DNA from: Solirubrobacteraceae bacterium
GTDB lineage: Bacteria > Actinomycetota > Thermoleophilia > Solirubrobacterales > Solirubrobacteraceae
DNA length: 64,000 bases
NCBI GenBank assembly: GCA_046594555.1
Contig: JBKJRO010000110.1
Coordinates: 128-64,127 of the forward strand
Direction of reading: 5' to 3'
Every line of letters starts with the position of its first letter. The first letter of the stretch is position 1. Both the position numbers and the translations under genes were made by a program. The notes below the pieces were generated by a model. The model saw only the letters and a list, made by a program, of their open reading frames with translations. It searched no databases and had not been told where the DNA came from. Positions 31,300 through 41,500 of the stretch are shown piece after piece.

Positions 31300-32553
31300 T
31301 CAGACCGCCTTGTGCGCCACGGCGCCCAGGTCGCGCAGCATGTTCTCCGCGTGCGGGCCGGACCGCCGCGCCTCGCGGGTCCGCAGCAGTTCGCGCTCGA
31401 CGAGCCCCGCGTCGAGGTCCAGGAACGTCAGCGGCTCCAGCCGCCCGGCGATCGCGTCGGTGAACAGCCCGTGCAGCGAGACCTGCGTGATCGGCCGGCC
31501 ACCGAGCCCGGCGATGACGGTCAGCAGGTCCGCCGCCGGATCGGGCAGCGCGGCGCGCACGGCATCGGCGACGATGCCGCCGATGCCCAGCGCGAGCGCC
31601 TTCTCGAGCACGACGACCCGCGTGGCACCCGCCAGCGCGGCGCGCACCTCGTCGAACGGGAACGGCCGGAACGCGCCGATCGCGAGGGCGCCGATCGCGA
31701 CGCCGGCCTCGCGCAGCTCGTCGATCGTCTCCTCGATCGTGCCGAGGACCGAGCCGAGCGCGACGACGATCGTCTCGGCGTCGTCGGTGCGATAGGTCTG
31801 CAGCAGCCCGCCCGACGCGCGGCCGAACGCCTGCTCGAACTCGCCGGCGATCTGCGGGATCAGGTCGAGCGCGAGCAGCTGCTTGGCGTGCTGGAGGACC
31901 TTGACCTCCATGAACGCCTCGGGGCCGACCATCGCGCCGATCGACACCGGCTCGGCCGGGTCGAGCAGCTGGCGCGGCTCGAACGCCGGCAGGAACGCGT
32001 CGACCTGCTCCTGGGTGGGCAGTTCGACCTGCTCGTAGGCGTGGGTCAGGATGAAGCCGTCCATGCAGACCATCACCGGGGCCGACAGCTCCTCGGCGAG
32101 GCGGAATGCCTGGATGTGCAGGTCGAGCGCCTCCTGGTTGCTGCGCGCGTAGAGCTGGATCCAGCCCGAGTCGCGCTGGGACATCGCGTCGCTGTGGTCG
32201 TTCCAGATGTTGATCGGGGCGCCGATCGCGCGGTTGGCGACGGTCATGACGATCGGCAGGCCGAGCCCGGAGGCGTTGTAGAGCGCCTCGGCCATGTAGA
32301 GCAGGCCCTGGCTGGCGGTGGCGGTGTACGAACGCGCGCCGGTCGCCGAGGCGCCGATCGCGACCGACATCGCCGCGAACTCGGACTCGACGTTGACGAA
32401 CTCACACGGCGTCAGCTCGCCGGTCTTCACCAGCTGCGACAGGTTCTCGACGATGTGCGTCTGCGGCGAGATCGGGTAGGCGCAGATCACTTCCGGCCGG
32501 CACAGCGCGACGGCCTCGGCGACGGCCCGCGACCCTTCGATCTGCCTCAGCAC
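31300..32553 (-). CDS. 2-oxoacid:ferredoxin oxidoreductase alpha subunit
   Basis: 417 aa counted from GTG 32553. IEGSRAVAEAVALCRPEVICAYPISPQTHI and TATASQGLLYMAE. The upstream 680 codons of ORF 31300..34602 are out-of-frame shadow. Confidence 0.9.
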   Translation of the reverse strand: MLRQIEGSRAVAEAVALCRPEVICAYPISPQTHIVENLSQLVKTGELTPCEFVNVESEFAAMSVAIGASATGARSYTATASQGLLYMAEALYNASGLGLPIVMTVANRAIGAPINIWNDHSDAMSQRDSGWIQLYARSNQEALDLHIQAFRLAEELSAPVMVCMDGFILTHAYEQVELPTQEQVDAFLPAFEPRQLLDPAEPVSIGAMVGPEAFMEVKVLQHAKQLLALDLIPQIAGEFEQAFGRASGGLLQTYRTDDAETIVVALGSVLGTIEETIDELREAGVAIGALAIGAFRPFPFDEVRAALAGATRVVVLEKALALGIGGIVADAVRAALPDPAADLLTVIAGLGGRPITQVSLHGLFTDAIAGRLEPLTFLDLDAGLVERELLRTREARRSGPHAENMLRDLGAVAHKAV

Positions 32554-33131
32554 GCCAGCTCCCGGACCTCGTCCTGCACCCATTCGAATGCGCGCTCGGC
32601 GGCCGTGACGTTGCCGTCGGCGATGCGGGCGGGAAGCTTCTCGCGGATCGCCAGCGCGACCGACTCGAGCGACAGCAGGCCGCTGAGCGCCGCGAAGCCG
32701 CCGAGCAGGGCCGCGTTGGCGACGGGGCGACCGGTGTGCTCGCGGGCCAGGTCGCTCGCCGGAACGGTCAGCAGGCGCTCGCGGCGGAAGCCGGCGACGA
32801 ACTCGGCAAGCCCCAGCTCGTCGAAGCTCTTGGCGGTGTTGATGAGCATGTACCCGTCGGGCTTCAGCCCGGAGAAGACGTCGACCTGGTGCAGCAGCGT
32901 CGGGTCCTGGATCAGCAGCGCGTCCGGCTCGGCGACCGGCTCGCGCAGGCGGATCGGGTGGTCGTCGATGCGGCAGAACGAGACGACCGGCGCGCCGGTG
33001 CGCTCGGACCCGAAGCTCGGGAAGGCCTGCGCGTATCGTCCCTCGTCGAACGCGGCGAGCGACAGCATCTCGGCGGCCGTGACGATTCCCTGCCCGCCGC
33101 GCCCGTGGATTCGCACCTGGAACATGTCCAT
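32547..33131 (-). CDS. 2-oxoacid:ferredoxin oxidoreductase gamma subunit
   Basis: MDMFQVRIHGRGGQGIVTAAEML ... FPSFGSERTGAPV, typical of the gamma subunit. The stop overlaps the alpha GTG by 7 nt. Confidence 0.88.
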   Translation of the reverse strand: MDMFQVRIHGRGGQGIVTAAEMLSLAAFDEGRYAQAFPSFGSERTGAPVVSFCRIDDHPIRLREPVAEPDALLIQDPTLLHQVDVFSGLKPDGYMLINTAKSFDELGLAEFVAGFRRERLLTVPASDLAREHTGRPVANAALLGGFAALSGLLSLESVALAIREKLPARIADGNVTAAERAFEWVQDEVRELAC

Positions 33132-33311
33132 TGCGAGCCTGCGGGACTTGCGCGCCCGTCGCAACGGGGTTTGCGCCCCGCGACGGTCCGGGGAAACTAC
33201 GGAGCCGGAGCGGCTGGCCGGCCGCTGGCAAACCGCATCGGATCGTGCCCGCGGAGCGGGCACAACTCGATGCGGTTGCGGGTGCGGCCGTGGCGCGGCC
33301 GCTGGCCCGGC

Positions 33312-34898
33312 TCACCCCACTGGCGCCGCCACCCTCCCGCGCACGAGGTCCGCGGCGCGCTCGGCGATCATGATCGTCGGGGCGTTCGTGTTGCCCCCGG
33401 GGATCACCGGCATCACCGATGCGTCGGCGACGCGCAGGCCCTCGATGCCGCGCACGCGCAGCTCCGGGTCGACGACGGCGTCGTCGCCCGTGCCGAGGCG
33501 GCACGTGCCGACCGGGTGGTAGAGCAGCTCCACGCGGCGGCGCAGGTCGGCGGCCAGGTCGTCGTCGGTCTCGACGCCGGTGCCCGGGAACACCTCGCGG
33601 CCGGCGACCGGGCCGAACTCGCGGGCGATGTCCCGCGCCATCCGCATTCCGGCGACGAGCGATGCGACGTCCTCGGGCTCGGCAAGCGAGTTGGTGAGGA
33701 TGCGCGGCTTGGCGGTCGGGTCCGACGAGCGCAGCCACAGCCGTCCGCGGCTCTTCGGCGAGACCAGCGCGGCGGCGAGCGTCATCGCGTGGCCGTCGTA
33801 CTCGCCGGCGCCGTGATCGACGAAGTAGGCGGGCGCGAAATGGAACTGGATGTCCGGCGCGGGCAGGCCGGGGCGCGTGCGCACGAACGCGAACGCCTCG
33901 GCGACCGTCGACGTCAGCGGGCCGGTCTTCTTGAACAGCCACTGCGCGAGGTACTTGGGATGCTCGGCGTCGGCCAGCGAGCCGCCGCCCGGGACGTCCC
34001 AGATGGCCACGTGGTAGGGGTGGTCCTGCAGGTTCTCGCCGACGCCGGGCAGGTCGTGCGCGACGGGCACGCCGACCTCGCGCAGGTGGTCGGCCGGGCC
34101 GATGCCGGACAGCAGGAGGATCTGCGGCGAGCCGAACGCCCCGGCCGCCAGGATGACCTCGCGCGACGCGCTCGCGACCTGCTCGCGGCCCTTCGCGTCG
34201 CGGTAGCGCACGCCGACGGCGCGGTCGCCCTCGAGCTCGACGCGCAGCACCTGGGCCTTGGTGACGACCTCCAGGTTGGGCCGCTTCATCACCGGCTTGA
34301 GGAACGCGTCCGCGCAGCTGAAGCGCTTGCCGCCGCGCTGGGTGACCTGCGCCGGGCTCGCGCCGTCCTGCTCGGGCCCGTTGTAGTCGGCGATGCGCGG
34401 GATGCCCGTGCGCTCGGCGGCGGCGAGGAACTGCTCGGTCAGCGGACGCGGCGAGGTGGCGTCCATGACGTTCAGCGGCCCGCCGACGCCGTGGTCCTCC
34501 GAGGCGCCGCGGGCGTTGTTCTCGGACTTCAGGAAGTAGGGCTTCACGTCCTCCCAGCCCCAGCCGGTGGCGCCCTGCGACTCCCACAGGTCGTAGTCCC
34601 ATGGGCGCCCGCGGACGTAGAGCATCGCGTTCATCGAGCTCGAGCCCCCCAGGGTCTTGCCGCGCGGGAGGAACAGCGAGCGCCCGTCGCAGTGCGGCTC
34701 GGGCTCGGAGTCCAGGCCCCAGTCGAGCTTCGTGCGGAACTGCTTGGCGAACGCCGCGGGGATCGTGATGTTCGGCGAGCGGTCGCGGCCGCCGGCCTCG
34801 ATCAGCAGGACGCGCGCGCCGGGATCCTCCGACAGGCGATTGGCGAGGACGCAGCCGGCGGACCCGGCTCCGACGATGACGTAGTCAGCTGAGGGCAT
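33312..34898 (-). CDS. GMC family oxidoreductase (choline dehydrogenase-like)
   Basis: [24 protein letters not shown] motif, GMC signature [18 protein letters not shown] and the C-terminal HPVGTCRLG. Confidence 0.92.
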   Translation of the reverse strand: MPSADYVIVGAGSAGCVLANRLSEDPGARVLLIEAGGRDRSPNITIPAAFAKQFRTKLDWGLDSEPEPHCDGRSLFLPRGKTLGGSSSMNAMLYVRGRPWDYDLWESQGATGWGWEDVKPYFLKSENNARGASEDHGVGGPLNVMDATSPRPLTEQFLAAAERTGIPRIADYNGPEQDGASPAQVTQRGGKRFSCADAFLKPVMKRPNLEVVTKAQVLRVELEGDRAVGVRYRDAKGREQVASASREVILAAGAFGSPQILLLSGIGPADHLREVGVPVAHDLPGVGENLQDHPYHVAIWDVPGGGSLADAEHPKYLAQWLFKKTGPLTSTVAEAFAFVRTRPGLPAPDIQFHFAPAYFVDHGAGEYDGHAMTLAAALVSPKSRGRLWLRSSDPTAKPRILTNSLAEPEDVASLVAGMRMARDIAREFGPVAGREVFPGTGVETDDDLAADLRRRVELLYHPVGTCRLGTGDDAVVDPELRVRGIEGLRVADASVMPVIPGGNTNAPTIMIAERAADLVRGRVAAPVG

Positions 34899-34953
34899 GA
34901 CGCGATCATTGCGCGCCCCGCCCGTCGCGTGCAACGCGGTGTCACCGCAGACT

Positions 34954-35175
34954 TCAGCCGGCGACGATGACGAGCCGCTCACCGGCGGCTTCGACGACGT
35001 CGCCGATCGCGAGCTGGCGCCCGCGGCGCTCCTCGGGCTCGCCGTTGACGCGCACCGCGCCGCCGGCGAGCAGCGCCTTCGCCTCGCCGCCCTCGCCGAT
35101 CACGTCGGCCAGCTTGAGCAGTTGCCCGAGCCGGATCATCCGGCCCCGGATCGGGATGTCGCGGGTGTCGGACAT
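34954..35175 (-). CDS. RNA-binding S4 domain protein (YbcJ-like)
   Basis: 73 aa. IRLGQLLKLADVIGEGGEAKALLAGGAVRVNGEPEERRGRQL matches the small S4-domain family. Confidence 0.8.
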   Translation of the reverse strand: MSDTRDIPIRGRMIRLGQLLKLADVIGEGGEAKALLAGGAVRVNGEPEERRGRQLAIGDVVEAAGERLVIVAG

Positions 35176-35222
35176 ACGACCCAGCCTACGCGCGCCGCGC
35201 GCGGGTGCGCCAGACTGGCTTC

Positions 35223-36422
35223 ATGACAGCACGCATCAGCCCCGCCGCCGCCCTCCGCGTCGGCGCGGCCGTTCTCGCCCTCCTCGCCGCGGCACCGGCG
35301 ACGGCCGCCGTCGCCAAGACGCGCAAGGCGCCCGCCGGTCTGGCCTTCTACACGCCGCCCAAGCCGCTCCCGGCCGGGAAGCCCGGCACGGTCATCTGGT
35401 CGCGCCCCGCGTCCAAGCAGGCCTCGCTGACCGGCGCCGCCAGGAACCTGACGGTCCTCTACCGCTCCACGGACACGAGCGGCAAGGCGATCGCGGTCTC
35501 CGGCCTCGTCTCGACCCCGAAGGGCAAGGCCCCCAAGGGCGGGTGGCCCGTGATCTCGTGGTCCCACGGCACCACCGGCATCGCCGACGTCTGCGCGCCG
35601 TCGCGCGACTCGGCCGCCTCGCCGGTGCGCCCGTACATCGAGTACGTCCATCCGGTGCTGAACGCGTGGCTCAAGGCCGGCTACGCCGTCGCGCGCACCG
35701 ACTTCGAGGGCCTCGGCACTCCGGGCACGCATCCGTACCTCATCGGCCACTCGGAGGCCAACGGCGCGATCGACATCGTCCGCGCCGCGCGCGGCCTCGA
35801 CGCCGGCATCGGCCGGAACTGGATCTCGGCCGGGCACTCGCAGGGCGGCCAGGCCGCGCTGTTCACGGCCGCCGACGGCCCGGCCCGTGCGCCGGAGCTG
35901 CGCCTGAAGGGCGTGGCGTCGTTCGCGCCGGCCTCGCACATCCTCGAACAGGTCAACGCCGCCAAGGCCTTCACGTCACCGAGCCCGTTGTCCGGCCTCG
36001 GCGCGCTGTTCGTCGGCGCGATCGACGCCAGCGGCAAGGCCAGGGCCGCCGACATCCTGACGCCCCCGGCGCTCGCCCTGTTCCCCCAGGTGGAAACGAC
36101 GTGCGCTCCACAGCTGGCCGCCGCGGACTCCTGGGGCGCACTTGCCCCGGCGTCGCTGCTGCGCGAGGACGTCGACCTGACGGCCGCCCGCGCGGTGCTC
36201 GCCGCGATGAACCCGGCGCTGAAGCTCAAGGTGCCGCTGCTGCTCGTCCAGGGCGACGCCGACACGACCGTCTTCAAGCCGTTCACCGACCAGCTCGAGA
36301 CCGAACTCGCCGCCAAGGGCGATCGCGTCGACTACTACGTCATCAAGGGCATCGACCACGGCGGGGTCGTCGCGGCCGGCCTCAAGGTGACGACGGCGTG
36401 GCTGAAGCAGCGCCTGCGCTGA
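35223..36422 (+). CDS. Secreted lipase/esterase, alpha/beta hydrolase (secretory lipase-like)
   Basis: Signal peptide AAVLALLAAAPATAAVA, nucleophile elbow AGHSQGG and the late motifs LLLVQGDADT and GIDHGG. Confidence 0.82.
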   Translation: MTARISPAAALRVGAAVLALLAAAPATAAVAKTRKAPAGLAFYTPPKPLPAGKPGTVIWSRPASKQASLTGAARNLTVLYRSTDTSGKAIAVSGLVSTPKGKAPKGGWPVISWSHGTTGIADVCAPSRDSAASPVRPYIEYVHPVLNAWLKAGYAVARTDFEGLGTPGTHPYLIGHSEANGAIDIVRAARGLDAGIGRNWISAGHSQGGQAALFTAADGPARAPELRLKGVASFAPASHILEQVNAAKAFTSPSPLSGLGALFVGAIDASGKARAADILTPPALALFPQVETTCAPQLAAADSWGALAPASLLREDVDLTAARAVLAAMNPALKLKVPLLLVQGDADTTVFKPFTDQLETELAAKGDRVDYYVIKGIDHGGVVAAGLKVTTAWLKQRLR

Positions 36423-38406
36423 GCGGTTCGACCACGCCGCCGCCCCCGCCGGGCTGCACCGGGAACGCGGTGAAGCCGAGCGGCGCCAGCGTGTCGAGGT
36501 TCGCGGCGGCGATGCCGCGGTCCGAGACCGTGAACAGCCGCGACCCGGACACGAACGCCCGGCGGACGACCGCCTGCTCGATCGCCGTGCCGTGCGTGAT
36601 CCGGCCGACCTCCGCGATGCCGCCGGCGCGGCGCACGCGCAGGCCGACGGCGCCGGAGAAGAAGCCGCCGCCGGGATCCTTGGCGTAGGTCTGCAGCGGC
36701 AGGACGGCCAGGGCCTTCGGCGCCCACCAGAGGAACGCATGGTGATCCCACTCCGCCTCGGAGCTGCCGGAGCCCGAGGGATCGAGCGGGTGGCGGTCGA
36801 GCCGCTTCGGGCTGCGCAGGTCGCGGACGTCGAACAGCGACACCTGGGCGCCGGACCGCAGCCCCTGCTCGGTGGCGTCCTGCCCGACGCCCAGCAGCAG
36901 GTCGTCGCCGACCGGGTGCAGGTAGGCCGAGTAGCCGGCGATCTTCAGCTCGCCGAGCACCTTGGGGTCAGCGGGCCTGGACAGGTCCAGGGTGTACAGC
37001 GGGTCGACCTGGCGGAACGTGACGACGTACCCGGCATCCCCGATGAAGCGCACCGCGTAGATCCGCTCGCCCGCGCCGAGGCCGCCGACGCGGCCGACCG
37101 TCTCCAGGCGCCCGCCCTGCTCGGCGAGCACGCTGACCGAGCTCTGGCGCGTGCCGGCCGGCGTGCCGTTCGGCAGCCACGGCGGGTCCTCCGTGCTCGC
37201 CACGCGCAGGTGGTCGCGGTACTCGGACAGCGCGAACTGGTTCAGCACGAACCCCGGGACGCTGCCGCTCGAGCGGTAGGCCGTCCGGCCGGCGTCCGAC
37301 GTGTCGAAGCGATGGATCTCCGTCCGCATGCCGTCGGGCACGTCGCTGACGGTGTCGATGCCGCCCCGCACGTAACGCTGACTTGCGACGTAGAGGCTCC
37401 CCGTCGAGGCGTAGACGACCTGGGCGCCGGCCATCACGGCGTCGCGGTCGACGTTGAACAGGCCATGGTCGAGGTCGATCGACAGCACGGTCAGCAGATC
37501 CAGGCCGGAGAACGGCACGGCATGACGGACCTGCGTGCAGCCGACGAGCGGGCGCTTGAACGTCCGCCCGCTGACGCGACTGCGAAGCACCGTCTCGGGC
37601 AGGAAGGCGCGGATGCCGAGCGCGGTCGCCGCGGCCGTCGCGGGCGCTCCCCCGCCGGCCGTCGCGGGGCTGCTCGTGCCGCTCCCGGCCGTCAGCTCGG
37701 GCGGCGTGTTGAGGACGACGCGAGCGGTGCCGCCCGTCAGCCGCGCGCTGACGTAGGAGCCGTCGACATCGAGCGTGCGCGAGATCTTCATCGCCGCCGG
37801 GTCGCTGATGTCCACCTCGGTCAGCTGCACCTGCGGGCGGTAGAAGACGGGGGCGACGCTGCGCAGCCCGACGCCCGGGCCGACGACGCCGGAGTCCAGC
37901 TGGATCGGGCCGCTGCCCGGGCTGATCACGAGCGCCCGCGAACCGCGCACGAGCAGTTCGCCCCCGTATCCGCCGAGCGTCAGCGACCCGAGCAGGCGCG
38001 GGACGTCGGCGCCGACGTCGTACGCCAGCAGCGCGCCGCCGCTGATCAGGAACGCGTGACGGGCGTCCGACTTGACGATGTCCGGCTCGTCGACGCCGGC
38101 CTCCTGGACGTTCGTGGTGGACGAGGTCCCGTCAGCGACCGCACCGGCAGTCGGGGACGCCTCCGGGGAGAGCACCTTCCCGGTCGCCGGCACAGGTGCG
38201 CCGAAGGGCTGCGCCGTGTCGCCGAGCGCCCGGACCACGACGCCGCCGGTCATGCCGGTCCGCACCGCGGCGCCGCGGGCGAAGCCGAGCAGGTCGGGGC
38301 ACGAGGTGAATGCAGCCAGGCGCGCGCGCACGGGCCTGCTCGCCTGCGCCGGTGAGGGCGCCAGCGCGAGCCCGGCGATCAGCAGCACCGCGGCACGTGC
38401 ACGCAT
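36382..38406 (-). CDS. Secreted beta-propeller domain-containing protein
   Basis: 674 aa from MRARAAVLLIAGLALAPSPAQA. TNVQEAGVDEPDIVKSD and repeated Gly/Asp-rich blades resemble the family annotated as beta-propeller domain protein. The 3' end overlaps the lipase gene by 41 nt (convergent). Confidence 0.75.
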   Translation of the reverse strand: MRARAAVLLIAGLALAPSPAQASRPVRARLAAFTSCPDLLGFARGAAVRTGMTGGVVVRALGDTAQPFGAPVPATGKVLSPEASPTAGAVADGTSSTTNVQEAGVDEPDIVKSDARHAFLISGGALLAYDVGADVPRLLGSLTLGGYGGELLVRGSRALVISPGSGPIQLDSGVVGPGVGLRSVAPVFYRPQVQLTEVDISDPAAMKISRTLDVDGSYVSARLTGGTARVVLNTPPELTAGSGTSSPATAGGGAPATAAATALGIRAFLPETVLRSRVSGRTFKRPLVGCTQVRHAVPFSGLDLLTVLSIDLDHGLFNVDRDAVMAGAQVVYASTGSLYVASQRYVRGGIDTVSDVPDGMRTEIHRFDTSDAGRTAYRSSGSVPGFVLNQFALSEYRDHLRVASTEDPPWLPNGTPAGTRQSSVSVLAEQGGRLETVGRVGGLGAGERIYAVRFIGDAGYVVTFRQVDPLYTLDLSRPADPKVLGELKIAGYSAYLHPVGDDLLLGVGQDATEQGLRSGAQVSLFDVRDLRSPKRLDRHPLDPSGSGSSEAEWDHHAFLWWAPKALAVLPLQTYAKDPGGGFFSGAVGLRVRRAGGIAEVGRITHGTAIEQAVVRRAFVSGSRLFTVSDRGIAAANLDTLAPLGFTAFPVQPGGGGGVVEPLSAGAASATPSSP

Positions 38407-38512
38407 GGGCTGACCGTACCGGACGGGCCCACGGTGTCGAGCCGGTGACCCGGGCATCGAACATTCGTCCACCCGCCTCGCGCCCGCGTACCGCAGAACC
38501 GATCGGAGCCAC

Positions 38513-41500
38513 GTGGACCCTGGTTCGCGACGCCCGCGACAGAACGTCGTGCATGGGCGCTTCCCCAATGCGGATCCGGTCGAGCCGGAGGCCGCGCCGA
38601 TCCCGGACGCGGCCGAGGACGAGCCCGCGCAGCCGGTCGCCGAGACCGCGCATCCCGTCATCCCCGCCGGTCGCCGCATCGCCGGACTGGCAGCCGAGTG
38701 GGGCTGGCTCGTGTACCTCGCGCTCGCCCTGCCGGTCATCGCGGTCGCCACCATGGCCAAGTGGGGCCCGTTGGCCGGCGGCACCGACGCGGCCGTCGCC
38801 GCCACCGGGATCGCCGCGGTGCTCGCGCGGGCAGGCCGCGCCCGGCCGGCCGCGCCGCACGCCTGGGCGCTCCTGGCCGCAGGCATGAGCCTCCTCGTCG
38901 CCGGCGACGTGCTCAGCTCCGAGTACCGGCAGATCTTCCGCACCGGCGAGCCGTTCCCGTCACTGGCCGACGCGCTGTTCGTCGCGGCCTACCCGCTCCT
39001 CGGCGCCGGCCTGGCGATCCTGGTGCGCAGGCGCCACCCCGGGCGCGACCGCGCGAGCCTGCTGGACACGCTCGTGCTGACGTTCGGCGTCGGCGCCGTC
39101 TCGTGGGTCTTCCTGATCGCGCCGGTCCTGCACAACGACGCGTTCTCGGATCTCGCACGCGTGGTCATCGCGAGCCGGCTGCTGGGCGACGTCGCCCTGC
39201 TCGGCCTCGCGATCCGGCTGATCATCGGCTCGCGCGAACGCAGCCCGGCGCTGTACCTGCTGGCCGGCGCCGGCGCCGTGCTGCAGGCCTCCGATGCGGC
39301 CGCCGCGGCGCTCTACGACGCGGGAATGTCCCTCGCGGGCGCGCCGGAGCTGGGGCGCATGGCCTTCGTGGTGGTCGTCGGGGCGGCGGCGCTCCATCCC
39401 TCGATGCCCGCTGCGGGCAAGCCGGCGGCCGCCGACGAACTCGGCGTCGGCCGCCGGCGCCTCGCCGTGCTGACTGCCGCCAGCCTCGCCGCCCCCCTGG
39501 TCATGATCGTGCGGTCACTCGCCGGCGACCAGGTCGATGTCCCCCTGCTCACCCTCACCTTCTGCGTCGTGTTCTCGCTCGTCGTCCTGCGCCTTGCAGA
39601 CCTCGTGCGCCACCACGAGGACGTGCGTCGCGGCGAGGACGCACTGCGCACCGCCGGCGAGGCACTGGTCACGGCCGCCAGCCGCGACCACATCCACGAG
39701 GCGGCGATGGTCGCCGCCCGATCCCTGCTCGGCCCGGACGTCCCGGCGTGCCTGTACTCATGCAGCCCGGAGACAGGGGTGCTCGTGCCGGTCGCCTCCT
39801 CCGACGGCGACCCGTCGTCGCACGCGCCGATCACGATGTCTGAACTGCCCGCGCGCGTGCGCGCCTACCTGACCGATCGCGGCGATGCCGCGCTGCGTCA
39901 CAGCGCCGACAACCTGCCGTGGTGGCAGGGTTCGTGCCTGGCGCCGCTGTCGGGCCGCGAAGCGCTTCACGGCGTCCTCGCCGTCAGCCCGGGGCAGCCG
40001 CTGCCCCGCGCGGCGCGCGAGACGCTCGCGACGCTGACGGCGCAGCTCGCCCTGGCGCTGGAGAGCGCCGCCGTCGCCGAGTCCGCCGTGCGCAGCGAGG
40101 GCGAGGCGCGCCTGTCCTCACTCGTCGAGCACGCGTCGGACATGATCTGCATCCTCGATCACGAGACCGTGATCCGCTACGTCAGCCCGTCGATCGAGCG
40201 CGTCCTCGGGGAGCGCCCGGAGGCGGTCATCGGCCTGGGCCTGTCCGAGCTGCTGCACCCCGACGACCGCGCCGCGGCGCTTGCCCACATCGAGCACATC
40301 GCCACGCAGGGGGCCGCCCCCTCGCCGACCGAGTTCCGCCTGCGTCACGGGTCCGGGGACTGGCGCGACGTCGAGGCGCTGGCGACGAACCTGCTGGACA
40401 ACCAGAGCGTCGGCGGGATCGTGCTGAACGTGCGCGACGTCAGCGAGCGCAAGGCGTTCGAGGCGCAGCTGACCCACCAGGCGTTCCACGACACGCTCAC
40501 CGGGCTGCCCAACCGCGCGCTCTTCCGCGACCGCCTGGAGCAGGCGCTCGAGCGCAAGCGCCGCGAGGGCGAGCCGGCGGCGATCCTGTTCCTCGACCTC
40601 GACGACTTCAAGGCGATCAACGACAGCCTCGGGCACGCCCTGGGCGACGAGCTGCTGCGCATCGTCAGCGAGCGGCTCGTCGGCGCGATCCGCTCGTCGG
40701 ACACGGCCGCACGCCTGGGCGGCGACGAGTTCGCGATCCTGATCGACGATCCGGGCGATGAGCGCTACGTCATCGACGTCGTCGAGCGGATCATGTACGC
40801 GCTCGCCGAGCCCGCGATGCTCGACCACCACGAGGTCACGATCAAGCCCAGCATCGGCATCGCCTTCAGCGACGGCGACGTGGTCGGCGCGAGCGGCGCC
40901 GAGGAGATGGTCCGCAACGCCGACGTGGCGATGTACCTCGCCAAGGATCAGGGCAAGGGCCGCTACCAGATCTTCCAGCCCGAGATGCACGCGGCCGCCG
41001 TCGCCCGGCTGGAGATGCGGACCGAGCTGCAGCGCGCCGTCAAGGCCGAGCAGTTCACGCTGCGCTACCAGCCGATCGTCGACCTGCAGACCGAGCGCAT
41101 GGTCGGGTGCGAGGCTCTCGTGCGCTGGGAGCACCCGCACCGCGGCACCATCTCGCCGGCCGAGTTCATCCCGCTGCTGGAGGAGAGCGGCCTGATCGTG
41201 CAGCTCGGGCAGTTCATCCTCGTCGAGGCCTGCAAGCAGGCCGCGCTGCTGCAGCTGGAGAACCCTCAGGACACGCCGCTGTCGATGTCCGTCAACGTGT
41301 CCGCGCGCCAGCTGCAGCGCGCGCAGATCGTCGACGAGGTGCGATCGGCCCTGGAGATCAGCGGCATCCCGCCCAGCTCACTCGTGCTGGAGCTGACGGA
41401 GAGCGTGATGATGCAGGACGTCGACACGGCGATCCTGCGCCTGGAGGAGCTGCGCGGGCTCGGCGTGCGCCTGGCGATCGACGACTTCGGCACCGGCTAC

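Noticed and set aside
30397-33522. 1041-aa plus-strand ORF, together with the similar long ORFs 28610..30427 and 32736..34892.
   Set aside because: They are antisense to the clearly homologous oxidoreductase and GMC genes. The sequence is Arg/Asp/Gly/Ala/Leu-rich and low in information, which is typical of high-GC mirror frames.
31300-34602. 1100-aa ORF that looks like a giant protein ending in the oxidoreductase alpha subunit.
   Set aside because: The N-terminal 680 codons or so are Arg/Pro/Gly junk overlapping the gamma and GMC genes in other frames. The alpha subunit begins at GTG 32553.
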